This document shows, in pieces, positions 26,485-36,208 of a DNA stretch of 64,000 nt (position 1 is its first letter; each line of letters starts with the position of its first letter). The notes below the pieces were generated by a model. The model searched no databases, was not told where the DNA came from, and saw only the letters and a list, made by a program, of their open reading frames with translations. The stretch comes from Candidatus Adamsella avium (GTDB taxonomy: Bacteria; Cyanobacteriota; Vampirovibrionia; Gastranaerophilales; CAJFVJ01), in contig CAJFVJ010000001.1 of the NCBI GenBank assembly GCA_904420445.1, positions 257,266 to 321,265 on the forward strand. The letters run 5' to 3'. The translations under genes and the position numbers were made by a program.

Positions 26485-27410
26485 ATAATTTTTGCACCGT
26501 CGAGGTCTACTCCGACTGTTCTTATGTCAGCTTTAACGCTGTATTTTTCCCATGTGCTTTTGATTATGCCTTTAATTGTTTCGATGTTGTTGCCTTTTGA
26601 GATGACAAGGATGCTCGGACCTGCACCGCTGAGAGCTGTTCCCAAGACTTCGTCGACGTTTTTCAGGTTGTCGATTATTTCATCAAGCCCCGGGACAAGT
26701 CTGATACGATAAGGTTGGTGAAGTTTATCCTGCATGGCTATTTTCATCAGTTCGGAATTTTTTGTTTGAAGCGATTGTATAAACATAGCGCATCTTCTTG
26801 CGTTGAATACTGCATCCTGCATTTTTACTTCTTCAGGCAGGACTGAGCGTGAGATGTTTGTTGCCAGTTCATAGTCAGGGATGCACAAGGTGAGTTTCCA
26901 GTCCTGAGGCCAGTCTATTTTCTGATAAATTATGCTTCCGTCATCCTCAAGAGATGATAAAACAAATGAGCCGAGGATTGCTGATGTGATGTTGTCGGGG
27001 TGTCCTTCAACTTCTGTGGCGATTGATAAAAGAGCGTCCAAATCAGCCGGCGAACCAAGCAGTTTGTTTGCAGCCATCAAGCTTCCGACAATGACTGAGG
27101 CACTGCTTCCAAGACCTTTTGCAATTGGGATTTCCGTATCTATTGTGATTTTCATGGCGGAAGGGATTTGTCCTACATAGCCGTAGAGGAGTTCGATTGC
27201 TCTGTAGATAACATTAGAGTTATCTGTTGGCAGGTGCAACTCGTTGATTTCTTTGTCTTCATGCGTAATGATGATAATTTCTATATCTTCTTTAGGCATG
27301 ATGGTTTCTTCGATTGTTATGGTATTGTAGATTTGGAGAGCCAACCCGAAACAATCAAATCCGGGACCCAGATTTGCTGTTGTTGCAGGTACTCTTACAC
27401 TTACTTTCAT
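26481..27410 (-). CDS. thrB: Homoserine kinase
   Basis: 309 aa. VPATTANLGPGFDCFGLAL and GLGSSASV GHMP-kinase motifs. Confidence 0.9.
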   Translation of the reverse strand: MKVSVRVPATTANLGPGFDCFGLALQIYNTITIEETIMPKEDIEIIIITHEDKEINELHLPTDNSNVIYRAIELLYGYVGQIPSAMKITIDTEIPIAKGLGSSASVIVGSLMAANKLLGSPADLDALLSIATEVEGHPDNITSAILGSFVLSSLEDDGSIIYQKIDWPQDWKLTLCIPDYELATNISRSVLPEEVKMQDAVFNARRCAMFIQSLQTKNSELMKIAMQDKLHQPYRIRLVPGLDEIIDNLKNVDEVLGTALSGAGPSILVISKGNNIETIKGIIKSTWEKYSVKADIRTVGVDLDGAKII

Positions 27411-29980
27411 TATTTCTTCGTCTCTATTTCTGATAGTACATAAGGATGCGAAAAATACTTCCGCGCAACTCTCATTATATCACCTGATGTTACCTTATCA
27501 ATAGTTTTGGAGTAGTTGTTAATAAAATCGTAGTCATTGCGCAAAAGTTCAAATCTGGCACGGAGTTCCGAGCGTTGTGCGTTGGTTTCCTGCATCAAAG
27601 CAAGCAGGCCTTTCATATTACTTTTGATGTTTGCTAGCTCCTGCTCGCTGAGAGGTTCATTTTTGAGCCGTTCAATCTGTTTGAAGAATTCCTTTTTGGC
27701 TTCTTCGCTGTTTTTGGGGTTTGTACCTATGTACATAACAAAATAGGAATTATCCAGAAGAGTCGGATAATAGCTGCTGACTTCATAAGCGAGCCCCTTT
27801 TTCTCTCTGAGGTCAACAAACAATCTTGAGGACATCCCACTGCCGAGAATGGAGCTTATGACTTTGAGTGTTGTATATTCGTTGAAGTCTGATATTCCGC
27901 CTGTTTTGTAGCCTAGGGCAATCCAGTTTGCCTGATTATTTTCCATTGCATATTTTACAATTTTATTTTGCGGCAGAGGTTTATAGGGGGTAATAAATTT
28001 TTTGTTGTCGACAATTTTTCCTGATTTTCTTGAGATAAGATTTTCAAGTTTTGAGCATATATCAGTGTTTTTCAGATTTCCTGTGACAGATATAATCATG
28101 TTTTGCGGGATAAAAATTGTTTGATAATAATTTTCTATATCCGCTTTTGTTATTGCCGGTATGCTTTTTTTGAGGATATCGCCTGTCTGGCTGTAGGGAC
28201 CTTGAGGGAATATGTTTGATATAAGATTATCAAACAGTTTTGTTTTAGGGAAATCTTCAGCTTTTTTGATTTGTTCGAGCATATCTTTTTTTGTTTTTTC
28301 TATTTCGTTTATGTCAAAAGAGGCGTTGTTCAAAACATCTTCGAGGATTGACATTGCTCTGTCAAAGTCTTTTGTCGTTGATTTTACGCTTATTTCAAGA
28401 TAGTCGTTGTTTACTGACGGAGCGATGATTATGCCGTAGTTTTCCATCTCTTGTGCAAGTTCTAATGAGGAGCGGTTTTTTGTTCCTTTCATCATCGTGC
28501 TTGCAAGAAGAGGGGTTAATCCGGGTTTTGATTCGACCCATTTGCCGCCTTTGAAGAGTATGCTCATTGATATAACTTCGTTTGCATCAGAGTTTTCGCT
28601 TATGAAAACAGCTCCGTTTGATAGAATTTTTTTGCATACTTTCTGTTTGCAAGGTGTGATATTTGCCGCCGGTTTTTCGTTTTTATCAGGCATGAGGGCT
28701 GATATAACAACTTTATTCGGGTCCAAATATTTGCAGGCAGCTTTTCTGACGTCGTCAGGTGTAATTTTTTTGAGTTCGTTGACGTAGTTTGTGTAATACT
28801 CGAGTTTGCCTCCGATGGTCATTATGTAGCCGATAGAAGAAGCAATGTCGTCAGTTGACTCGTTTGAATAAATAAAATCACGTTCAACCATGTTGATGGC
28901 TTTTTGGAGTTCTTCATCTGTTATATTTGTTGTTCTGAGTTTTTCTATTTCGCATAAGACAGCTTTTTTCAGTTTTTCGTAGTTCTGAGGTTTGAAGTTT
29001 GCGCTTATGTAAAATATGCTGTCATCTTTGCTTGATGAATGCGAACTTGAGATAGAGTTTGCGAGGTGTTGTTTTTCTTTTATGTTTTGGTAGAGTCTTG
29101 AACTCCTTCCATCACCGAGGACTATGCCTGCTATATCAAGAGCGAGGTTTTCTTTCTGGTTTTGGAAATCAACGCCATGGTAGCCCAACATTAGATATCC
29201 AGTGTTGTAGTTGCCATAGGTGATTTTTTCCTGAGGTTTGTTTTGAGGGTTTTCTTTTTTGTGTTGGATTGGTTTTGTTGATTGAAATTGTTTGTTTTTG
29301 AATTCCTCATTTATAATATCCAAGACGTTTTTAGAGTTTACGTTTCCTGCTATAACCGTGGTGAAGTTATTTGGTGTATAAAATTTGTTGTAGTATCCGA
29401 CAATTTCATCTCTCGGTATTGTTGAGATAATTTCTTTTGTGCCGATTGTTTCGTAGCGATAGGGATGTTGTTTGTACATCATGGAGGTAAAATTCTTGTA
29501 GAGAGCACGAGTCGGGTTGTCATTTGAGCGGGAGATTTCTTCAATTACGACTTTGCGTTCTTTGTCTATTTCTTCCTGAGGGAAGAGAGGATTGAGCAGC
29601 ATATCAAAGTGCAAGTCCATTGTTTCTTTGAGGTTATCTTTTGAAGATGTGATATAGTAGTGGGTGAAATCTTTGCTTGTTGCAGCATTGTAGATTGCGC
29701 CTTTATTGTCGAGAATTTTTTCAAATTCGCCTGCTTTATGATTTTTTGTTCCCTTGAACATAAGGTGTTCGAGGAAGTGAGAAACACCGTTGTTTTTATC
29801 ATTTTCGTTGAGCGAGCCGGTTTTGACCCAGGTGTCAACAGTGACTATTTCGCTTTGCGGGATTTCTTTTATGACAACAGTGTGTCCGTTGTTCAATTTA
29901 AACAGCTGTGGTTGTGCTGCGAGGGAGTTCAGACAAAGTAAAAACCATGAGGCAGCAATTATCAAAAATTTTTTCAACAT
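27410..29980 (-). CDS. Secreted tandem (double-module) M16 family zinc peptidase
   Basis: 856 aa. Signal peptide. HFLEHLMF (HxxEH) motif. Second inactive-type M16 module in the C-terminal half. Confidence 0.88.
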   Translation of the reverse strand: MLKKFLIIAASWFLLCLNSLAAQPQLFKLNNGHTVVIKEIPQSEIVTVDTWVKTGSLNENDKNNGVSHFLEHLMFKGTKNHKAGEFEKILDNKGAIYNAATSKDFTHYYITSSKDNLKETMDLHFDMLLNPLFPQEEIDKERKVVIEEISRSNDNPTRALYKNFTSMMYKQHPYRYETIGTKEIISTIPRDEIVGYYNKFYTPNNFTTVIAGNVNSKNVLDIINEEFKNKQFQSTKPIQHKKENPQNKPQEKITYGNYNTGYLMLGYHGVDFQNQKENLALDIAGIVLGDGRSSRLYQNIKEKQHLANSISSSHSSSKDDSIFYISANFKPQNYEKLKKAVLCEIEKLRTTNITDEELQKAINMVERDFIYSNESTDDIASSIGYIMTIGGKLEYYTNYVNELKKITPDDVRKAACKYLDPNKVVISALMPDKNEKPAANITPCKQKVCKKILSNGAVFISENSDANEVISMSILFKGGKWVESKPGLTPLLASTMMKGTKNRSSLELAQEMENYGIIIAPSVNNDYLEISVKSTTKDFDRAMSILEDVLNNASFDINEIEKTKKDMLEQIKKAEDFPKTKLFDNLISNIFPQGPYSQTGDILKKSIPAITKADIENYYQTIFIPQNMIISVTGNLKNTDICSKLENLISRKSGKIVDNKKFITPYKPLPQNKIVKYAMENNQANWIALGYKTGGISDFNEYTTLKVISSILGSGMSSRLFVDLREKKGLAYEVSSYYPTLLDNSYFVMYIGTNPKNSEEAKKEFFKQIERLKNEPLSEQELANIKSNMKGLLALMQETNAQRSELRARFELLRNDYDFINNYSKTIDKVTSGDIMRVARKYFSHPYVLSEIETKK

Positions 29981-29989
29981 TAATCTCCT

Positions 29990-31285
29990 TTATATGCCAA
30001 ATCGCTCGTAAATTTTGTTTATGTTTCTCAAGTAATATTGTAGATTGAAACACTCATCAATTTCCAGTTCGGATAAGTACTTTCTTATTTCATTATCATT
30101 AAGCAGGTTAGATTTAAAGTCACCACCGGGCTTATTCCATGCAGCAAGTGCATTGCGCTGTGTCATTGCATATGCCTGTTCCCGGGTCAGTCCTTTTTCT
30201 GTCAGTTTTAGCAGGACTCTTTGAGAGAAAATTACACCGCCGTATAAAGAGGTATTTTTCAGCATATTATCTTTGTGTACAACGAGATTTTCAACGGTGT
30301 TTTTAAATCTGTTCAGCATATAGTCTGCGAGGATTGTTGAATCAGGGAAGATTACTCTTTCTACCGAGCTGTGGCTGATATCTCTTTCATGCCAGAGGAC
30401 GATATTATCAAGAGCGGCGATTGAGTTTGATTTTAGAAGACGAGCCAGACCGGTCAGGTTTTCAGAGCTTATGGGGTTTTTCTTGTGGGGCATGGCTGAT
30501 GAGCCTTTCTGCCCTTTTGAGAAACCTTCTTCTACTTCCAGCACTTCGGTCTTCTGGAGGTGTCTTATTTCGGTTACGCATTGTTCGATTGAGGCGCCGA
30601 TTAAGGCAAGAGATTGCATATAGTAGGCATGGTGATCTCTTGATATTACCTGTGTAGATATTTTTGCCGGTTTTAGATTTAGTTCTTTGCAGACAATTTG
30701 CTCAATTTCCGTTGGTATATTGCTGTATGTGCCGACAGGCCCGCTGATTTGTCCTGTTCTAATATCTTCTCTTGCTGTTTTGAAACGTTTGAGGGCACGT
30801 TCAAACAAGTCAATCCAGTAGCAGAGTTTTACGCCAAAGGTCATGGGTTCTGCATGGATTCCGTGAGAACGTCCGATGCAGATGGTATCTTTGTGTTCTT
30901 TTGCTTTATTTTTGAGGGTGAATATGACTGTTTTGAGGTCATCTTCGATTATGTCGCTTGCCTTTTGAATTTGGATTGCCATGGCGGTATCGATGATGTC
31001 AGAGCTTGTTACGCCCATATGCATATATTTTGAGGCTGGGCCTATGTTTTCGTTAACGCAGGTGAGGAAGGCTATGACGTCATGTTTTACTTCGGTCTCG
31101 ATTTCGTCTATTCTTTCTACCGAGAAAGAGGCTTTTTGTTGAATTTCTTTGAGAGCGTCATCAGGTATTTCTCCGATTTGGTTGTAGGCTTTGCAGATTG
31201 CAAGTTCGACATCTAAATAGGTTTGATATTTTGAGTTTAGCTCCCATATATCGCTCATGGGTTTGCGTGAATATCTCGGTATCAT
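29990..31285 (-). CDS. purB: Adenylosuccinate lyase
   Basis: 431 aa. GVTSSDIIDTA and GSSAMPHKKNP fumarate-lyase signature. Confidence 0.95.
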   Translation of the reverse strand: MIPRYSRKPMSDIWELNSKYQTYLDVELAICKAYNQIGEIPDDALKEIQQKASFSVERIDEIETEVKHDVIAFLTCVNENIGPASKYMHMGVTSSDIIDTAMAIQIQKASDIIEDDLKTVIFTLKNKAKEHKDTICIGRSHGIHAEPMTFGVKLCYWIDLFERALKRFKTAREDIRTGQISGPVGTYSNIPTEIEQIVCKELNLKPAKISTQVISRDHHAYYMQSLALIGASIEQCVTEIRHLQKTEVLEVEEGFSKGQKGSSAMPHKKNPISSENLTGLARLLKSNSIAALDNIVLWHERDISHSSVERVIFPDSTILADYMLNRFKNTVENLVVHKDNMLKNTSLYGGVIFSQRVLLKLTEKGLTREQAYAMTQRNALAAWNKPGGDFKSNLLNDNEIRKYLSELEIDECFNLQYYLRNINKIYERFGI

Positions 31286-31286
31286 T

Positions 31287-32825
31287 TTATTTTCCTTTGT
31301 TTTTCAGTTCTTCAATCAGGTTAAGCCCGTTGAAGATGGCTTTAACGTTTGCTTTTGCCGTACTCTGGTCAATTCCTCTGCATATAATATTTTCTCCGTT
31401 CGGTGCCAGGAGGTGAATTACTGTCATTGCATCTGCGCTAACGCCTTTGATTTGTTCGTCGATAGCTTTTTGTTCGTAGTGGAGAAGTTTTTGTTCAAAG
31501 CCCGCTTTTTTAAGAGCGCTCAAGCAAGCTTCAAGAGGACCGTCAGCTGCCACTTCGATATTATATTCTTTTGAATGATAGCTGAATTTGAGTCTGTATC
31601 TTGAATCTCTGACTTTTACAAATTCGATTAGGTTGAAGGCTCCTTTGACTTTGAATATTTCTTTGAAGTAGATGTCTATGATATTTCTTGTCGGCAGCTC
31701 TCCTACCTGTTCTGCTATTTCTTTGATTTTTGGCGTAATCCTGATAGCTTCCTGCATAGATATAGGATATCCTGCTTTTGAGATTATTTCGTAGACGGCT
31801 GTTTTTCCTGACTGGCTTGTGAAAGCGAGTTTCTCATCGTCGTCACGTCCGATAAGAGATGGTTGTATCGGGCGGTATGCACCTTTTTTCATTCCTTTTG
31901 TTTTTGCAGCGCCGTCCTGATGTATCCCGCTTCTGTGAGCGAGTGCGTCAGGCCCTATCAGCGGAGCCTGGATTGGAATAGGTATATGGGACATTTCAGA
32001 AACAATCATTGCTGTTTCATAGATTTTGTGGAGGTTCAAGGGAACATTTACCCCGTTGTTGTAAAGTGCAACTGCGGCTTCGTAGAGATTTGTGTTGCCT
32101 GCCCGTTCTCCAAGTCCGTTGAGGCTGCATTCAAGCTGTCTTGCCCCTGCGAAATAACTTTCAACTGTTGTAGCTGTCGCCATGCCAAGGTCGTCATGAC
32201 AGTGTACGGCGATGGTAACATGTTTTGGAAGGGCTTCATAAACCTGACGGACGAGAGATGTGAACTCGAAGGGTCTTGTTCTTTCGACGGTATTCGGAAG
32301 ATTGATTGTTGTTGCGCCAGCTTCCACTATTTCTTGAAGGGTGTCTATAACGAAACCTATGTTGTCTTTGCAGTCGCCGAAGTGTTCAACTGAAAATTGT
32401 ACATCACCTTTGTCATTCATCAGTGATTTGGCATGTTTTACGGCATCGATAGCCATTTTCCTAAGATCTTGAGGGTCTTTTTGGAGGACATATTTCATGT
32501 GAAAATCGCTAAGAGCGAGAAATGTATGAATACGCGGTTTTGCAGCTATTTTGATGGCTTCTGCCGCTTTATCGATATCTTTTTGTACCGTTCTTGCCAG
32601 TCCTGCAGCTACAACGTTTTCAGGAGTAATTGAGGCAAGATACTGGCATGCTTCAAAGTCCATCTCGCTTGAGCCCGGGAAGCCTATTTCGATAGCCTGC
32701 ACGCCAAGTTTTAGGAGGTATTTGAATATTACGGCTTTCTCTTGAGTATTCCAGGGTTTTGTAAGTGCCTGATTTCCGTCTCTCAAGGTTATGTCATAAA
32801 AAAACGGTTGTTTTTCATTTTCCAT
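31287..32825 (-). CDS. leuA: 2-isopropylmalate synthase (LeuA family; citramalate synthase not excluded)
   Basis: 512 aa. ITLRDGNQ, HCHDDLGMATA, GLGERAGN motifs and a C-terminal LeuA-dimer regulatory domain. Confidence 0.88.
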   Translation of the reverse strand: MENEKQPFFYDITLRDGNQALTKPWNTQEKAVIFKYLLKLGVQAIEIGFPGSSEMDFEACQYLASITPENVVAAGLARTVQKDIDKAAEAIKIAAKPRIHTFLALSDFHMKYVLQKDPQDLRKMAIDAVKHAKSLMNDKGDVQFSVEHFGDCKDNIGFVIDTLQEIVEAGATTINLPNTVERTRPFEFTSLVRQVYEALPKHVTIAVHCHDDLGMATATTVESYFAGARQLECSLNGLGERAGNTNLYEAAVALYNNGVNVPLNLHKIYETAMIVSEMSHIPIPIQAPLIGPDALAHRSGIHQDGAAKTKGMKKGAYRPIQPSLIGRDDDEKLAFTSQSGKTAVYEIISKAGYPISMQEAIRITPKIKEIAEQVGELPTRNIIDIYFKEIFKVKGAFNLIEFVKVRDSRYRLKFSYHSKEYNIEVAADGPLEACLSALKKAGFEQKLLHYEQKAIDEQIKGVSADAMTVIHLLAPNGENIICRGIDQSTAKANVKAIFNGLNLIEELKNKGK

Positions 32826-32828
32826 AAT

Positions 32829-32861
32829 AAATTACCTCAGAACTGTATCCTGAGGTAATTT
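32829..32861 (-). promoter_or_regulatory. 12-bp perfect hairpin sequestering the leuA Shine-Dalgarno sequence (possible attenuator/terminator)
   Basis: AAATTACCTCAG (32829..32840) and CTGAGGTAATTT (32850..32861) with a 9-nt loop. On the mRNA strand the 3' arm contains GAGG 9 nt before ATG 32825. Confidence 0.5.
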
Positions 32862-32890
32862 TATCATAAAAAAGCATGTAATTTTGTTTG

Positions 32891-33445
32891 TTAATTCTTT
32901 TTAACCCAATGAGGAAGATAGATAGTTTCACCTTTTTCCTGATAAGAAGTTTTTGATACAAATTCAGTTTCGGTTTCAGGGTTGTAGCCTTTTGGGAAAA
33001 TTGTTTCGTCATTGTAGAGAGTTTCTCTGAGGCGGGCTTTTCTGAGTTCTTCAGCAGGCACTTCAGAGAGGTCAGCTCCGCTTAAGTCTGCTTGATGCAG
33101 CATTACATAGGCCATTCTGGTTTTAGGTCCCCATTTTGTGTTTGAGAGATTTGCCGCACTGAAGTCAATAAAGCTGACATCCGCATTAATTGTTTGCCCT
33201 GATAAGTCTTCGTCGTTGTATGATTTTGGTCTTTCAACAAGACCAAACCATTTCAATTCTGTCGGACGTTTTCCGGGGATTTCGAGTTCAGGAAATTTGC
33301 TTTCTTGTTTGCCGAAGTTTATCTTATCAAAAGAAATGCTTTGAGGATTTGTATTGTGCGGGTGTATTTGCACAACTTTGTTATATTTAGGTTTTACGTT
33401 TGTTGTATTATAAGCATTTATAATATTAATCATACCTACACGCAT
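32891..33445 (-). CDS. Pentapeptide-repeat protein
   Basis: 184 aa. ADVSFIDFSAANLSNTKWG...LHQADLSGADLSEV shows A(D/N)LxX pentapeptide periodicity. Confidence 0.7.
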   Translation of the reverse strand: MRVGMINIINAYNTTNVKPKYNKVVQIHPHNTNPQSISFDKINFGKQESKFPELEIPGKRPTELKWFGLVERPKSYNDEDLSGQTINADVSFIDFSAANLSNTKWGPKTRMAYVMLHQADLSGADLSEVPAEELRKARLRETLYNDETIFPKGYNPETETEFVSKTSYQEKGETIYLPHWVKKN

Positions 33446-33540
33446 AAAAAATCTTCACCTTTCTCTTCTTTGTGGTTTTCTTTATTTTAAAATGTTGAAG
33501 ATTTTTTTTTGATAAGTTTAAAGTGTATTTTTTACAAAAA

Positions 33541-34536
33541 TTAATCGTTGAGATAGTCTTTCATGTGCTGGACTTCTTGTTTTGTGCGGAGTTTTTTCAG
33601 GGCTCCGTCTTCAATTTGTCTTATTCTTTCTTTTGAAAATCCGAGTTTTTTTCCGAGTTCTTCGAGTGTTTTTTGTTTTGTTCCATAGATACCAAAGCGT
33701 TCTATGATGATGTTTTTTTCTCTGTCTGTGAGGTTGTTCAGCAAATCTTCCATGTTTTTTAGAAGCATAATATCTGATGTTGTCTGATATGGATTTTTGT
33801 GCGAAGAGTCAGGAACATAGTCTTCGAGGCAGAGGTCTTCGCCGATGGGTGTATCGAGGCTCATAGGTTCTTTATCCATGGCTTTTCTGATATTCATGAC
33901 TTTTGTTTTTGATATTTTCATAGCTTTTGAGAGTTCTTCATCGGTTGGTTCTCTTCCAAGTTCGAGGGAAAGGTTTGTGATAGTTTTTTTCATGATTCTT
34001 ATTTTATCGACCATATGCACCGGAATTCTGATAATTTTTGATGAATTTGCGATGGCTCTGATTATTGTTTGTCTAATCCACCAGGTGGCATAAGTACTGA
34101 ATTTGAAGCCTTTTCTGTAGTCAAATCTTTCGGCTGCTTTGATTAGACCGAAGCTGCCTTCCTGCACCAAATCAAGGAACATGACGCCCTGTCCTATATA
34201 TTTTTTTGCGATACTGACGACCAGACGCAGATTGCTTTTGATGAGTTTGTTTCTGGCTATTTGGGCTTCTTTTTTTGAGCCTTCACGGATTATTTTCCCG
34301 AGAGCAAGCTCTTCTTGAGGTTTGAGGAGTTTTGTTTTGCCTATATCTTTGAGATAAATTTGGAGGATATCTTCAGAGGTGTTGTGCGTTCCAAAACGGC
34401 TGAGGTAGGAAAATTGTTCATGTTCTGTTTCTTCCTGAGGGTTTTGTGTGTAGATGTTTTCAGAGTTCAGTTTGTTAAAGAAGTCTTTTTCGTTGTAATC
34501 CTCAGGTTGGTTTATAAATTTTGCATTTATTGTCAT
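33541..34536 (-). CDS. RpoD-family (group 1/2) RNA polymerase sigma-70 factor
   Basis: 331 aa. Region 2 ([17 protein letters not shown]), region 3, and region 4 ([20 protein letters not shown]). Confidence 0.92.
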   Translation of the reverse strand: MTINAKFINQPEDYNEKDFFNKLNSENIYTQNPQEETEHEQFSYLSRFGTHNTSEDILQIYLKDIGKTKLLKPQEELALGKIIREGSKKEAQIARNKLIKSNLRLVVSIAKKYIGQGVMFLDLVQEGSFGLIKAAERFDYRKGFKFSTYATWWIRQTIIRAIANSSKIIRIPVHMVDKIRIMKKTITNLSLELGREPTDEELSKAMKISKTKVMNIRKAMDKEPMSLDTPIGEDLCLEDYVPDSSHKNPYQTTSDIMLLKNMEDLLNNLTDREKNIIIERFGIYGTKQKTLEELGKKLGFSKERIRQIEDGALKKLRTKQEVQHMKDYLND

Positions 34537-34707
34537 ATTTTGTATTACCCCTAAGTCTTATTAATTTTATTTTCATTACCCTTAGATAATTAGACGATAT
34601 GTTGAGTTTTTTGTTTCGTTATATTTCTTAATTTATTAGCAATTTATTTGGTGAAGAGTTTTTTATTAACATATAGGGTATGCAAAGAAAAGGTAAGTGG
34701 AGAATTT

Positions 34708-34812
34708 ATGGTTAGAAATATTGTAGAAGAATGTGTCAATATATTTATGTTGTTTATGTATAGCGGAAAGTTTGCTTATCAACCTGTAAGAGTTTTTGTA
34801 TATAAGAAATAA
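34708..34812 (+). CDS. Candidate 34-codon small ORF (MVRNIVEECVNIFMLFMYSGKFAYQPVRVFVYKK)
   Basis: Below the track cutoff. GGAG SD 5 nt upstream of ATG 34708. Lies in the 560-bp spacer between the sigma gene and hemW. Confidence 0.2.
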   Translation: MVRNIVEECVNIFMLFMYSGKFAYQPVRVFVYKK

Positions 34813-34924
34813 TTTGTGTAAATAAAAATAACAAATTATCAATTTTGCGGAATTTGTATAAAAATATTGTTTTGATATATTTATCAAATGGTATTTTTAT
34901 GGTGATTAAGAAGAGGACATAAGA

Positions 34925-35095
34925 ATGGGCGCTTGTAATACAAAAACAAGACTTTTGGAGTTTATACACAATGCAGCTCTTGAGAGCACAAAGACTCCTC
35001 CGCTTGTTGTTACAAAAAGTGTTGTTGAAATTCTTGAAGGATACAAGAATATCGATAAAGAATTGTGTCTTGGTTCTATTTTGAAAGAAATTTAA
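34925..35095 (+). CDS. Candidate 56-codon small ORF (MGACNTKTRLLEFIHNAALE...)
   Basis: Below the track cutoff. AAGAGGA SD 6-7 nt upstream. Ends 22 nt before hemW on the same strand. Confidence 0.3.
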   Translation: MGACNTKTRLLEFIHNAALESTKTPPLVVTKSVVEILEGYKNIDKELCLGSILKEI

Positions 35096-35117
35096 GATTT
35101 TATTATATGATTGGTAT

Positions 35118-36206
35118 ATGAGTTATTGTGTTTATATCCATATACCTTTTTGTTTAAGTAAGTGTCGCTACTGTTCTTTTGTATCGTTTGCCGGAATGGG
35201 GAATTATGAGCGTAAGTATTTTGATGTTTTGCATAAAGAGATAAAAACTTTTTTTGAGAAAAATCCTCATCAAAAACTAAAGACACTCTATCTTGGGGGG
35301 GGAACTCCCTCGGTTATTCCTGTTGAGGATTACAAAAACTGTCTTGAGCTTTTTGAGTTTGAGGATGAATATGAGTTCACATTTGAGATTAATCCGAAGA
35401 CTGTTGATGATGTTTATTTAAAAAATTTGAAAGAGTTGGGGGTTAATCGTCTTAGCATAGGAATACAGAGTTTTGATGATAATTTGCTGAAGATTATAAA
35501 CCGGCAACATTCATCCGCTGATGCAATTTCTTGTTTTGAGGCAGCAAGAAGATGCGGATTTGAGAATATAAGCATTGATTTGATATATGGCTTGCCTTCA
35601 CAGACAATTGATATTCTGAACAAATCTTTGACAACAGCTATATCTTTGAATCCCGAGCACATTTCCATTTACGGATTGAAGATAGAAGAAGGGTGCGAAT
35701 TTTTCAAAAAGCGCCCAGAAGATTTGCCTTCTGATGATGAGTGCGCTGATATGTATCTTGAGATAGTTGATAAGCTTGGGCAGAATGGTTTTGAACAGTA
35801 TGAAATAAGCAATTTTGCCAAGCCGCAAAAATTTTCCAGACACAATATGAATTATTGGAAAAATCGTGAATATCTCGGGTTCGGGTTAGCTTCTCACGGG
35901 TATTTTGAACATAACAGGTATTCCCATGAAATTTCGCTTGAGGGTTATATCAAAAATCCTTTTCCTATAAACAAAAAATTGATAAGTATCAAAGAACGTC
36001 AGGAAGACGAAGTTATTTTGAATTTGAGGACAAAAGACGGTGTAGATTTGACCGGTTTCAAAGAACAGTATCATGTCGATTTTTTGATAGAATACAAGTC
36101 CGTGTTGGAGAAGTATTCAGAGTTCTTTGAAGTTACCTCAAACAAAGTGAGCCTTACTACGGAAGGTTTTCTTGTGAGCAATTTTATATTATCCGAATTT
36201 TTGTAA
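35118..36206 (+). CDS. hemW: Radical SAM heme chaperone HemW (oxygen-independent coproporphyrinogen oxidase-like)
   Basis: 362 aa. IHIPFCLSKCRYCSF (CxxxCxxC), LYLGGGTPS, HemN_C-type C-terminus. Confidence 0.88.
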   Translation: MSYCVYIHIPFCLSKCRYCSFVSFAGMGNYERKYFDVLHKEIKTFFEKNPHQKLKTLYLGGGTPSVIPVEDYKNCLELFEFEDEYEFTFEINPKTVDDVYLKNLKELGVNRLSIGIQSFDDNLLKIINRQHSSADAISCFEAARRCGFENISIDLIYGLPSQTIDILNKSLTTAISLNPEHISIYGLKIEEGCEFFKKRPEDLPSDDECADMYLEIVDKLGQNGFEQYEISNFAKPQKFSRHNMNYWKNREYLGFGLASHGYFEHNRYSHEISLEGYIKNPFPINKKLISIKERQEDEVILNLRTKDGVDLTGFKEQYHVDFLIEYKSVLEKYSEFFEVTSNKVSLTTEGFLVSNFILSEFL

Positions 36207-36208
36207 GA

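Noticed and set aside
33450-33503. AATCTTCA / TGAAGATT inverted repeat between the sigma gene and the pentapeptide gene
   Set aside because: The 38-nt loop makes a stable terminator hairpin unlikely. An 8-bp AT-rich repeat is not significant.
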